The notes: generated from the sequence alone by a model not told the origin. A stretch of DNA of 64,000 nucleotides from an uncultured Acidobacteriaceae bacterium (GCA_963763975.1 CAVXQR010000016.1:240442-304441); one strand, 5' to 3'. Shown: positions 45,151 through 56,303, counted from the stretch's first letter. A program made the numbers and translations.

Positions 45151-45363
45151 TCACGGCTTCTTGAAGAGCTCTGCCCTGACTTGCTCCCAGGGGACTACAT
45201 CAGAAAGGTTCTGCTCATGACGAGCGATACGGTCGTCCAGTTCGGTGCGTTGCGCTTCCGTCAGCAAAAGTGCATCGGCTTCGAGGCTCTCCCAGACGGC
45301 GTCCAGCAGTTCCGCCTTCTCCACAACCGACAGACTCGAAATCTGCCTTCGCAGATCACTCAT
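45151..45363 (-). CDS. Putative addiction-module component (CHP02574-like small protein), apparently orphan
   Basis: MSDLRRQISSLSVVEKAELLDAVWESLEADALLLTEAQRTELDDRIARHEQN; no partner ORF downstream, only repeats. Confidence 0.45.
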   Translation of the reverse strand: MSDLRRQISSLSVVEKAELLDAVWESLEADALLLTEAQRTELDDRIARHEQNLSDVVPWEQVRAELFKKP

Positions 45364-45428
45364 CGGGTAAACGCTAGAGCGGCTTTTCCGCTCAGTCAAG
45401 CGCCGTGCACAAAAGGAATGCCCAGTTA

Positions 45429-45798
45429 CTAGGGCAGATTTGCGCGAATCCCGAGCATCTCGGCGACGTTGCCGAGCCGTGCATCGGAGGTCCAGAGTAG
45501 CGTGCCGGGCGCCCCCAGGCAGGATGCAACCAGGTGAGCGCTCGGTCAGGCCGATGCCCTTCGAGTACAGACAGCGGGCCTCGATCATCCTTCGCACGTC
45601 GGGCAACGGCACCAGCCGGGCTTGACGCATGTTGTCGAGCCTGGCTAGTGTTGGAGCCCGCTCGCGCAACGATCCTAAGGCCAATTCCGCCACCACATGC
45701 GGATGCATGACCACCTGGTTGTTTTCGAGTAGTTCCCGCATGCCAGGCTTGCCGGACCGGAAAAAATCAATCCAGATGTTGGCATCGGCAAGGATCAC
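45429..45798 (-). CDS. vapC: PIN-domain toxin VapC, interrupted by a 1-nt indel near 45540
   Basis: MILADANIWIDFF...YSKGIGLTE in one frame, DAHLVASCLGAPGTLLWTSDARLGNVAEMLGIRANLP in the next; ATGA overlap with vapB. Confidence 0.7.
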
Positions 45799-45992
45799 AA
45801 GTCGTCCACCCTCAATCGCCGCACGTATTGCAGATCGGGCATGGTCCCTTCCAGAGCTGCGAGACTGCGTGCCGCCTCTCGCTCAATCAGCGCTCGCAAG
45901 GCTTCTCGAATGAGCGCCGTCCGTTCCGACAAGCCGCTGTATTCCTGCGCTTTTCGCAATAATTCATCGTCGAGAGACACGGTTGCCCTCAT
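45795..45992 (-). CDS. vapB: VapB-type ribbon-helix-helix antitoxin
   Basis: MRATVSLDDELLRKAQEYSGLSERTALIREALRALIEREAAR. Confidence 0.7.
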   Translation of the reverse strand: MRATVSLDDELLRKAQEYSGLSERTALIREALRALIEREAARSLAALEGTMPDLQYVRRLRVDDL

Positions 45993-46061
45993 CTTTTCCC
46001 TCCCGAATCACCAATTATATCACCAGTTTGGTTGCATTATTGGTGATGACATCGGGGACCG

Positions 46062-46137
46062 ACGCGTTCCCAAGCGGAGTTTTCAGCAGCCAGAAAAAAT
46101 GCGAAAGCCACAGGGCTTCCGCATTCTCACCTCGATC
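46062..46137 (+). repeat. ~75-nt direct repeat, copy 1, with 9-bp stem hairpin gcggaagcc-aca-gggcttccgc; flanks the 46199-46969 cassette
   Basis: cgcgttcccaagcggagttttcagcagccagaaaaaatgcgaaagccacagggcttccgcattctcacctcgatc; near-identical copy at 47091-47165. Confidence 0.7.
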
Positions 46138-46198
46138 TAAATGCCGAAGCCACCGAAACGGTATCGCTGATAGCTGCTGGCTTACGGCTTTACAAGGC

Positions 46199-46757
46199 CT
46201 ACGGAGAACTTTCGCGCACAGCTTGCCACTGTTCTTCTAAACCCAGTTCGCGCACCCAGTGAGCGATATAGGCGACATCGAGGCTGCCGCCCTGGGTACT
46301 GAAAATGCCGGTTGCATCCTGCAGTTGCCGCTCGGAGCCGCCAAGCTTCGCCCACCGCAATTTGGCAATGAGTACGTCCTCGGCCGATGCGACATAGACG
46401 GCGTTACCAGCAATGTCGATCCGCATGCGGCGTGTCATCGCGGTACGGCCGTACTCAGACTCTTCGGCGATGATGAAGTCCACTTTCCAGCCGGAGGTAT
46501 GGTCAATTACGTTGAACTGGCTGCGGTGTCGCGAGTGCTTCCAACGCCTGCTGTTCGTCAGCGTAATATTCGGAGGTTGAAAATTGGTTGACCAGCGCCA
46601 GCACTTGTGCCCGCGTCGGAGCGATAACGATGTCCACATCGCGAGTAGACCTGGAAGTCCCGTGCGCTGAGCTAGCCACCGACCCGGTCAGCATATAAGG
46701 AACGTTGGCGCGTTCTAGCACCACCACGACTCGCGTCAGCAGGCTTTCGAGGGTCAC
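46199..46757 (-). CDS. Nucleotidyltransferase-fold protein (minimal NTase / AbiEii-like, tentative), split by an indel near 46535
   Basis: N-terminus MTLESLLTRVVVVLERANVPYMLTGSVASSAHGTSRSTRDVDIVI (GS...D.D NTase motif); C-terminus in the next frame (ORF 46199..46639). Confidence 0.5.
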
Positions 46758-46969
46758 GATTGCGGCACAGGTCCGTACAGGAGGCGAATGAGCTCAGGCA
46801 ACAATTGATCGTCGGGTAAGTCAGGCCGGCGGCTGCGCAGACCTGCTAACGCGATGTTGCGCACCGATTCGCTCATCTCTAACGCAAGGCGAAGCCGCTC
46901 TTCCGTGGTCATACGGCGGAAAATGTCCCGCTGGATTGCGGCCGCGGACGCACTGGTATCGGAAGGCAT
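46754..46969 (-). CDS. Small protein translationally coupled to the nucleotidyltransferase (putative antitoxin-like partner)
   Basis: 71 aa (or 52 aa from MTTEERLRLALEMSESVRNIALAGL); ATGA overlap with downstream NTase gene. Confidence 0.35.
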   Translation of the reverse strand: MPSDTSASAAAIQRDIFRRMTTEERLRLALEMSESVRNIALAGLRSRRPDLPDDQLLPELIRLLYGPVPQS

Positions 46970-47090
46970 AGCTTTCCACCAATTTAGCCGCAGGATTACT
47001 AAAGCACAAGGCAGATGGCTTCGCTCTTGGCGTTAGTCCGGTGAGACGTGTCCGAACCACTGGGTTTGGACGTTGCCGTGCCCGACACCC

Positions 47091-47165
47091 CGCGTTCCAA
47101 AGCAGAGTTTTCAGCAGTCAGAAAAAATGCGGAAGCCACAGGGCTTCCGCATTCTCACCTCGATC
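47091..47165 (+). repeat. ~75-nt direct repeat, copy 2
   Basis: ccgcgttccaaagcagagttttcagcagtcagaaaaaatgcggaagccacagggcttccgcattctcacctcgatc. Confidence 0.7.
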
Positions 47166-47208
47166 CGCTCTACGCGGAAAATATTCTCGTCGAGCCGATG
47201 CCTACCTG

Positions 47209-47258
47209 AAAGCTGAATGCCAAAAGCTAAGAGCTAAAAGCTAAGAGCTATCAGCTTC
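47209..47258. repeat. 7-nt array (AAGCTAA/GAGCTAA) abutting the rho stop
   Basis: aagctga atgccaa aagctaa gagctaa aagctaa gagctat cagcttc. Confidence 0.7.
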
Positions 47259-48515
<1,257 letters not shown>

Positions 48516-48580
48516 CTACGGGGGATTTTGCGGAAGGGCGGGCCGGAGGAACTGCGGGAAGCGCCGAAGGGCGCGGCGCG

Positions 48581-48799
48581 TTAAGCAGCGCGCCGCTGCG
48601 CTTCGGAAGCCGTCTCCGGTTCGAGAATCACGTTCTGGCGCTCGGAATCGGCAATGCGGTGCAACACATTGTTGGTCGTGTCCTGGATGCGCGTGTTGGG
48701 CTTGTGGAACCTGCGCGTCGCCTTGGACGCCAGTTGGCACAGCATGTAGCGATTGCGCAGAGTCGTTACTGCGTCGAAAACCAGTTCGGATCGCATCAA
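48581..48799 (-). CDS. rpoZ: DNA-directed RNA polymerase subunit omega (probable)
   Basis: 72 aa; SELVFDAVTTLRNRYMLCQLASKATRR fits the RpoZ xxNRFxLVxxAxxRARQ pattern; lies immediately upstream of rho. Confidence 0.55.
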   Translation of the reverse strand: MMRSELVFDAVTTLRNRYMLCQLASKATRRFHKPNTRIQDTTNNVLHRIADSERQNVILEPETASEAQRRAA

Positions 48800-49386
48800 A
48801 TCGTATCTCCTTGTATCTATGAATGTTTAGTTCGGAGCCCGGGCCTTTCGCCACCGCTCCTGCGTGTCTATGATTTCAACGGCGGGAACCAATTTCGCGG
48901 AATCGTCCGGCAGGAGCTACCTGCGTTAGATGCCGCACCCTAGGTTCCGGTGCGATATTTCTTTTTACTGCCTAGTGACGCTGTATGGCGCAATTAAGGG
49001 TTTTAGTTGCAAGCACTTACGTCTTACGGCACCGGGCGCACACGTCACAGCCGCCGAGTGGTGCCTTCCTGATTCCTGGTGATGGCGTTCCGTGTGTGGC
49101 CGCTTGGGCAGGACGCCTTGGAAATGGTGCTTACAGGACGACGCGTTACTAAAAGCAGTAACTTAGCCGTCGCGCTCCATTCCGTCAAGCAAATTCGTCC
49201 AACGGCGATTTCCCAGCACTGAACGGTAATTTCCGACTTGCCGCTTAGACGCCACAATTATGAAAATGTTGCGTCAAAATATATAACACTCAAAAATTCA
49301 ACAGGTTGCGCCAATTCTTGTGCCAGCTTTTCCACACCCCACGGACGAGCCATGGCTTTCGCCGTCGGCACCTGCGATTTCCCGTC

Positions 49387-50933
49387 TTAGGACCAGAAAG
49401 TTCGATCCAGCGTCCTATATTGAATTGCCTCGGCAATGTGGCCGGGCTCGATATTTTCCGCCCCGCTCAGGTCAGCAATCGTCCGCGAGACCTTTAATAT
49501 CCGGTCGTGCGCCCGCGCGCTCAGTCCCTGCTTGGACATGGCGCGCTCCAGCAGATTTTCCGATTCCCCGCTCAGCTCGCAGTACTTGCGGATTTCCCGT
49601 GATCCCATCTGCGCGTTGGCATACAGCCGCACGCCCGGGGAAGCAAACCGCGCAAGCTGCACTCTCGCGCGCGAATCACCCGCGTGCGGATCGCCTGCGA
49701 ATCTTCCACCACCGCGCCGCTGCGCAGCTCGCGGTAATTCACCGACGGCACATCAATATGGATATCAATGCGGTCCAGCAGCGGGCCGGAAATCTTGGCC
49801 ACGTAGCGCTGGATCATCATGGGCGAGCAATGGCACTCGCGGCTACGATCGTTGAAATAACCGCAGGGACAAGGATTCATGGCCGCCACCAGCATGAAAC
49901 GCGCCGGAAAACTGAGCGACATGGCGGCGCGCGCGATGGTCACCGTGCCGTCTTCCAGCGGCTGCCGCATCACCTCCAGCACATTGCGCGGGAATTCCGG
50001 CAGCTCGTCCAGGAACAGCACGCCATTATGGGCCAGCGACACTTCGCCCGGCCGCGGAATCATGCCGCCGCCAATCAGCCCGGCGTCGGAGATGGTGTGG
50101 TGCGGCGAGCGGAACGGCCGCGTGCCCACCAGGCCGCTGGTGGAATCCAGCACTCCGGCGACGCTGTGAATCTTGGTAGTCTCCAGCGCTTCGTCGAAAG
50201 TGAGCGGCGGCAGGATGGTGGCCATGCGCTTGGCCAGCATGGTTTTGCCGGAGCCGGGCGGCCCGATCATCAGCAGGTTATGGCCGCCGGCGGCGGAAAT
50301 CTCGATGGCGCGCTTGGCCGTCTGCTGGCCGCGCACGTCGCGGAAATCCACGGCAAAGTTCTGCGAGGTCTCCAGCAGCGCGCGGGTATCAATCTTCACC
50401 GGCTGGATGCCGTTGCCGGTGTTCAGCAGCTTCACCACATCAATCAGCGAGCGCACCGGATAAACGTCAACGCCTTCCACCAGCGCGGCTTCGCGGGCGT
50501 TCACCTCGGGCACAATCAGCCTGCGAATTTTGCTGGCCCGTGCCGCCACCGCAATCGGCAACGCCCCACGAATGCCGCGCAGTCCGCCATCCAGCGAAAG
50601 CTCGCCCACAAACAGCGCGTCTTCCGGAGGGCTATTGTTGAGCCCGCCATACGCGCCCAGGATGCCGAGCGCCATGGGCAGGTCGAAGCCCGAGCCTTCC
50701 TTGCGAATGTCGGCCGGGGCAAGATTGATGGTGGTAGTGGTTGGGGGAACGTCGTAGCCACTGTTCTTGAGCGCGGCGCGAATGCGCTCGCGGCTCTCGC
50801 GCACCGTGGCGTCGGGAAGGCCTACGGTGGTGAAGGTATCTTTTTCGCCCTTGAGCGGAGCGACGTCAACCTCAACCTCGATGAGGCTGGCGTCAATGCC
50901 ATAGACCGCGGCGCTTAATGTTTTGTAGAGCAT
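49387..50933 (-). CDS. comM: YifB/ComM-family Mg-chelatase-like AAA+ ATPase, interrupted by a 1-nt indel near 49659
   Basis: [23 protein letters not shown]...[13 protein letters not shown]...; C-terminus [18 protein letters not shown]...[13 protein letters not shown] in the next frame (ORF 49387..49662). Confidence 0.85.
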
Positions 50934-51096
50934 GCGGGAGCCGCACGCCTACCACAGTGGTTACAAGTGTACAGATTCCGCGTGGACTCGATGTGACCGC
51001 TCTCACCAGGCCGCGTGACAAGGAAGATGAAGCCGTGCCGTTTAGAAACCCGGTGCGCGCGTTCGGCGGGCACCCGCGCCCAAGCCGACGTTGCGC

Positions 51097-51170
51097 CCAT
51101 GTCGATGCCGTGCTCATGCCGATGCCGTGCTCATGCCGATGTTGCGCCGATGCCGAGGCCGTGCCGATGC
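51097..51170 (+). repeat. Tandem ~17-nt repeats (atgccgtgctcatgccg x ~4) in the long comM upstream intergenic region
   Basis: gtcgatgccgtgctcatgccgatgccgtgctcatgccgatgttgcgccgatgccgaggccgtgccgatgcg. Confidence 0.6.
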
Positions 51171-51539
51171 GAGCGCCGGAGGCGCGACTTAGTTTAGCCC
51201 AGCGTGCAGCGCCCTCTTTTGGCGCGGAACGCTGGGTACGCTCGCCCTAGGAATTTCGGAGTGCCGTAGGCACGGTGCCTTTCACTCGATCTACCGGAGG
51301 CGATAAATTCACCATTTCGCGGGTAACCGGACTGCGTGGGAATGGTCCGGGTGCAGTCCGCAAAGCGGACGGCATATCTTAGCCCGCCGTTTCAACGGCG
51401 GGTGAGCGCCATTAAGATTTCGAGTCCCCCGGGGACGGCAGGAGTCGCGGCAGCGACGCCACGCCTTTCGCGGCGCAAACCCGGCCTGGATGGGGCACCC
51501 TCGGAACGGTAGCCTGAGCCACCCACCGATGGCATCGAT

Positions 51540-52088
51540 TTATTTCTCGGCCTCGTCGGGTTGGTGTACTCGCTTGAACTCTCGGGCTACAACCTGCCAA
51601 TCTTCGTCCGACAGTTTTTTGAATGACCGTTGTTTTACCGGCTTCGCTTTCCGCGCAGCGAGCAATGGCGGCAACATCCCGGCAGCCATCGCCGTAACCA
51701 AATATCCGCCACTCGTCGCCACAATAATCCAGTGCCAACGCAGTCCACCGGTCAAAGCGAGAACCATAGCCGCGAATCCGACCGTAGCGCCGAGGCGCAT
51801 CGTGGCTTTCGCTAGAGCAAAGGCATCTTCATTTGAAATCACATCGTCATTTGGTGGGAGGGTTTCCCCAGTTGTTAACTCGGAGAATGTTTCCGGCTTG
51901 CGGTGTGGTAGGGACTGGCCGATTGCTCCAACTAGGAACCAGCAGATACTCATTGTTACGCCAGCGATCCAATGCGCGTAGGCGAGACAAGCGACAGCTA
52001 GGATGGGAAATGCGATGCTGAAAGGGCGAAGAATGAGCGCTTCGAACAGCCGCACCGTCCGGGATGGCCGCACTTTCACGCGGGGCAC
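51540..52088 (-). CDS. Hypothetical 4-TM membrane protein in a lower-GC island
   Basis: 182 aa; four hydrophobic helices; local GC visibly lower than the flanks. Confidence 0.4.
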   Translation of the reverse strand: MPRVKVRPSRTVRLFEALILRPFSIAFPILAVACLAYAHWIAGVTMSICWFLVGAIGQSLPHRKPETFSELTTGETLPPNDDVISNEDAFALAKATMRLGATVGFAAMVLALTGGLRWHWIIVATSGGYLVTAMAAGMLPPLLAARKAKPVKQRSFKKLSDEDWQVVAREFKRVHQPDEAEK

Positions 52089-52176
52089 TATACACGCTTG
52101 GGCTGTCAGAAATCGTGCAGATAATCGCCCTAGTTTGCAGATTTGTGCGAGTTAATTAGCGCGGATTGCTGCAAAC

Positions 52177-52698
52177 GTGCTAGATGTTCGAGATATGAGT
52201 AATTCATTTGTTCCTCGGTGGATTCAACAAGACGAGTCGGACCGCGAACAACGGACACTGAAAGCCGACGCTAATAATGCCAAGGAAGAATTAGCCCGCC
52301 TAAAGATCAAGGCGGACGCTCAAGAATTTATCAGGCGAATGGTCAAGGAGCTTCAGTTGGCCGCCGCTGGATTGGCAGAGCATCCCAACCTGCTTTGCCG
52401 CGTTATGTATCAGCCATCGGAGTTGGAGACTCACTGCCGCGTGTCAGTTCAAGCGTTTGGTGCAATTGCCAGACAGACCTACGTTGACGTATTCCACGCG
52501 GCAGGGAGCAACATAGTTCGCTTCCTCACAGTTGGCGGTAACGTGTACAACTTGAGCTTTTCTGTGTGCCCAGATGGAGACGACATCGGTTTGATCGGCG
52601 GGAACATTGCCGCCGTGATGAACCCGGAGGAAGCGGCTGAGTACATAGTCAAGCCAATGATGCAATGGGTTCTCGGTAACGCAAACGAACTGTACTGA
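52177..52698 (+). CDS. Hypothetical soluble protein in the lower-GC island, divergent from the membrane protein
   Basis: 173 aa (alternative start MSNSFVPRW); no recognised motif. Confidence 0.35.
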   Translation: MLDVRDMSNSFVPRWIQQDESDREQRTLKADANNAKEELARLKIKADAQEFIRRMVKELQLAAAGLAEHPNLLCRVMYQPSELETHCRVSVQAFGAIARQTYVDVFHAAGSNIVRFLTVGGNVYNLSFSVCPDGDDIGLIGGNIAAVMNPEEAAEYIVKPMMQWVLGNANELY

Positions 52699-52782
52699 GT
52701 CTCAGCTGCAGGACGCAATAATATAGGGAAGGGCCACATTTGGGGAACCAAACCCAAAAGCCGCTCGGTGCCCGGCACCTTC

Positions 52783-52992
52783 GTTCCTTTCGGATGTGTG
52801 GGAGGCTACAAGTCTCAAACGGTTCCGTCCCAACGTGCCCGTGACCAAGAAACAAAGGCCCCGCCCTAGCCAAAGGATGGCTAGAACGGGGCACCCACGT
52901 TTTCAGATCATCATGGCCAGAACGGGGCACCCTGGTTCACAGGAGAACTCCGGCATATCTTTGCGGATTCCTCTGTGTCTCTGTGGTTCAAA
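52783..52992 (+). repeat. Composite dispersed element (family B: tttcggatgtgtgggag...aaggccccgccctagccaaa..ggctagaacggggcaccc...ttcctctgtgtctctgtggttcaaa), copy with internal duplication
   Basis: Near-identical copy at 55463-55611; partial copies at 32901-32948 and 42372-42420 (inverted). Confidence 0.7.
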
Positions 52993-53745
52993 CGCCTCAT
53001 AGCCCGGCGGCCCATTTTGGGAACGCTTCCCTACCCCGCGAAGAAAATTCGAGACGAGCGGCTTGGCGCAAAAATAGACTGAATGCAGCGCAACACGCGT
53101 TCATTCTTCCCGCGTGCCGCGTGCTTGCATGGGAGTTTTGTGCCGATGTTGAGGTGCAAGCACGTACGCCGCTCGATTCTTCTTCTCCCGCTTACTCCGC
53201 GACCAGAGCCAAGCTTTGTTCAATCGTGTCCACTCTCTCTGCGGTCCAGTCCAATCTCTCTCCGATCACGGCCCATCTGTCTTCGCACCCGTCCAACCGC
53301 CTTGCCATCGCCGGGAATCCCAATCTGTCTCCGATCACGCCCATTCTGTCTCCAAACGCGGCAAATTCAGGCAAATTCGCTCCAGAACCAAGCACGAACG
53401 TTACTCTGTGACCCTCCTCACATTACCAGCGGCAAAATCGGGGCGTTTTCGCACCTACCCTGGCGCTCAAATCCGGCTATCTCACTGGAGACAGGACGGT
53501 TAGCTGTAAATCCGCTAACCGCTGTGTTATCTATGCATTGCCGAAATCCTCGCAAAGTATTGTATTTAGACGACTTTAACCCCTTTGTCCGCAATACTTT
53601 AGACGATTTTACCCGTAACCTCTTGCAAACAAAGATCGAGCCTTCCGGAACTCTCAGTTTCACCTTGTCTTCGCCCCCAAAAGACAAACGCCACTGCTTT
53701 CGCGCTGAACCCGTGCGCGCCCCTGGCGAAGGACGAAGGGCGTCT

Positions 53746-53988
53746 TTACCGCTCCCGTTCCAGCAGCGCGACCGGGCTCCCCTTGTACCCGGCGCGCCAA
53801 TATTCGCGGAAGCCGCACTTCGCCGCCAGGCGCAGCGACGCCGTGTTGTCCACATGAATGATGCACACGGTGCGGCGGTCGGGCAGCGTGCGGTCGGCCC
53901 AAGCCAGTGCGCCGCGGACCATTTCCGTGGCGTACCCTTTGCCGTGCGCGTACAGGGAAGCTTGCACATCACGCCGTCTGCGCACCAA
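53746..53988 (-). pseudogene. GNAT N-acetyltransferase C-terminal remnant
   Basis: GYATEMVRGALAWADRTLPDRRTVCIIHVDNTASLRLAAKCGFREY matches only the GNAT C-terminal half; upstream is AT-rich non-coding. Confidence 0.5.
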
Positions 53989-54102
53989 CCCGCCCGTAGC
54001 CGCGCCAAGTCTTCTATCTTCAATCCATTACACCGTAATCTAAAATTAAGTTGCGCTGCCGACGGTGCGTGGTACGCTTGCGCCGATTTTTGGAGGTTCA
54101 CC

Positions 54103-55387
54103 ATGGCCTGGCAGCGGGTCTTAGCTTTGATTTCAGACATCCACCTGCGAGCGAAAACGGCGCGACTCCTCCCGTCACTCATTTTGGGGACAGTCCTCGC
54201 GACCGCCCCCGCCCCGGCCCAGACCTTCACCGTGCTCCACAATTTCACCGGCGGGTCTGACGGCGCCAATCCTTTCGGTGGCCTGACCATGGATGCCGCT
54301 GGCAATCTTTACGGTACCGCCTCGGCGGGCGGACGGAGGGCCTCCGGCTGCGAAAACTACGAGGGCAGCTACGGCTGCGGCACCGTCTTCGAAATGCAGC
54401 CCCACGGTTCAAGCTGGGTGATGAAGCTTATCTACCAATTTCCGGGCGGAGCCAACAACAGCAATCCTGCCTATGGCGTTGTCTTCGGACCGGACGGCGC
54501 ACTCTACGGCACAGCCGACACCGGTTTATACCGTCTGGCGCCCCATCCAACGCATTGCCGCGACTTCATTTGTGTCTGGGAGGAAGAGCTGCTCTATACC
54601 TTCCAGGACCAGCCGGATGCGACGGCACCGACCAGTCCCTTGATCTTCGACCGCACAGGGAACATGTACGGAGTAAGTTATTTCGGCGGCGCGCTATGGC
54701 AACGGCGCCATCTTCCAGCTCAGCCACGGCAGCGGCGGCTGGACCGAGAGCGTCATCTACTCATTCAACTCAGCGGGCGGAGAAGGCCAGGGATTGCCGG
54801 AAGGCTCGCTGGTGGTGGATCACTCCGGCGATCTTTACGGAACCACGGACTGCAGCGCAACCCTCGGCTGTTTCTGGGGCGCGGTCTGGGAACTTCAGCC
54901 CTCGCCATCCGGCTGGAACCTCAGCAACCTCTACCAATGGGGCTACGGTACCGGCTACCAGCCTGTCGGCGTGATCAGCGATTCCTCAGGGAATTTGTAC
55001 GGCGCCGACTTTGGTGACGGCGGCGACCGCTTCCCGGGCGGCGGCGGCGGCAGCATCCCCGGAGCCATCTACGAACTCAGCCCTTCGAGCGGCGGCTGGA
55101 ACTACACCACGCTCCATGACTTCCAGCTCGGCGACCTGGCCAACGGCCTGGTGATGGATGCTGCCGGAAATCTTTATGGCGGCGATTACGAGTACGGCTA
55201 TGGTTACATCTTCAAGCTCTCGAACTCGGGCAACGGCTGGACCTTCACCACGCTCCACACCTTTAACCAGTCCGACGGGGAGTTCCCCGAGGGTCCGATC
55301 GTCATTGACCGGAACGGCAACCTGTACGGCACCACCATCGAGGGCGGCTCGCATGGGTACGGTGTTGTCTGGGAGATCACGCCGTAA
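54103..55387 (+). CDS. Secreted GloVer tandem-repeat protein, second paralogue, interrupted by a 1-nt indel near 54695
   Basis: MAWQRVLALISDIHLRAKTARLLPSLILGTVLATAPAPAQTFTVLHNFTGG... to YFGGA in frame 1, then RYGNGAIFQLSHGSGGWTESVIYSF... to EITP in frame 2 (ORF 54794..55387). Confidence 0.6.
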
Positions 55388-55462
55388 AGCGATCACTCTT
55401 CGCCAGAGGTTTTACGTGACCCGCGAAAATCTGGGTGCTCCACAGATCCCGCGGGTTTCGGA

Positions 55463-55611
55463 TGTGTGGGAGACGGCAACGACCTGCAATGCAAGGCCCC
55501 GCCCTGGCCGAATGATGGCGAGAACGGGGCACCCATGTTCAGAGGGAGAAATCCGACATAGCTTTCCGATTCCTCTGTGTCTCTGTGTCTCTGTGGTTCA
55601 AAGATCTTCCG
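55463..55611 (+). repeat. Composite dispersed element family B, copy 2
   Basis: tttcggatgtgtgggag...aaggccccgccctggccgaatgatggcgagaacggggcaccc...ttcctctgtgtctctgtgtctctgtggttcaaag. Confidence 0.7.
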
Positions 55612-55616
55612 CCCGC

Positions 55617-56279
55617 CTAGGCCGGTTCCTGGGCGAACTGGCGGATTTCCTCCAGTTGCTGCTGGGCGCGCAGCAGGCTGCGGCCTACCACCGCCTGGTC
55701 CACGAAGCGGCGCACGCCCGCATGCACGGTGGTGCGCGAGTACCGATAGAACCACAGCATGGCCAGCAGCCCGACGATGCCGACGCCGGCGCCCAGCCAA
55801 ATCACCGCCGGCGCGTGGGCGTACAGGTTCACATGGCCCAGGCCCAGCAGCACCATGAAGAACGGGATCCACAGGAACCACCAAGGCAGGCCGGCGATGA
55901 TGCCGCTCAGCACGTAAGCGCGGCGCACGTGCGCCAGCCGGTCCTGCATCTCCAGCACCGAGCCGTCGTAGTCAATCCGGTGGATGCCGGCGAGCACCAC
56001 TCCTGCGCCCACGATGCAGACGATGCCGTAAAGGTGGACGATCACTCCCGCCACGATCACCGCTGCGGCGGTCGGGTGGGTCATCCACAGCAGCGCCGCA
56101 AACAGCACCACCAGGATGCCGAAGAAGAGTTGCAGCATCTGGCCGACGATCAGCGGGCGCAAGGTGGAGCGCGTCCTGGCCAGCCGTTGATGGTTGTAGA
56201 GCGCCAGGTTGATGGCATTGCCGCGCTTCATCTGCTGCTCCAGCGTCTGCCAGGTGGCTTTCAGTTCATCCAGTTCCAT
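55617..56279 (-). CDS. Membrane protein co-transcribed with the ECF sigma factor (possible anti-sigma factor, unconfirmed)
   Basis: 220 aa, cytoplasmic N-terminus then 4-5 TM helices; starts 25 nt after sigma gene stop. Confidence 0.45.
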   Translation of the reverse strand: MELDELKATWQTLEQQMKRGNAINLALYNHQRLARTRSTLRPLIVGQMLQLFFGILVVLFAALLWMTHPTAAAVIVAGVIVHLYGIVCIVGAGVVLAGIHRIDYDGSVLEMQDRLAHVRRAYVLSGIIAGLPWWFLWIPFFMVLLGLGHVNLYAHAPAVIWLGAGVGIVGLLAMLWFYRYSRTTVHAGVRRFVDQAVVGRSLLRAQQQLEEIRQFAQEPA

Positions 56280-56303
56280 GACGTGTCTTCTCCTATGAGT
56301 GCG

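Noticed and set aside
50934-51539. tmRNA, RNase P RNA or SRP RNA in the long intergenic region
   Set aside because: Signature strings were searched by eye and not found. These were GGGGNUG...UUCGACG and the tag ORF for tmRNA, GGAAAGUCCGG for RNase P, and the SRP domain IV GGAAGCAGCCA.
53256-53355. Two ~33-nt direct repeats separated by a ~35-nt spacer (CRISPR-like appearance)
   Set aside because: There are only two copies, with about 5 mismatches. There is no leader or cas genes, and the region is otherwise decayed filler. It is more likely a local duplication.
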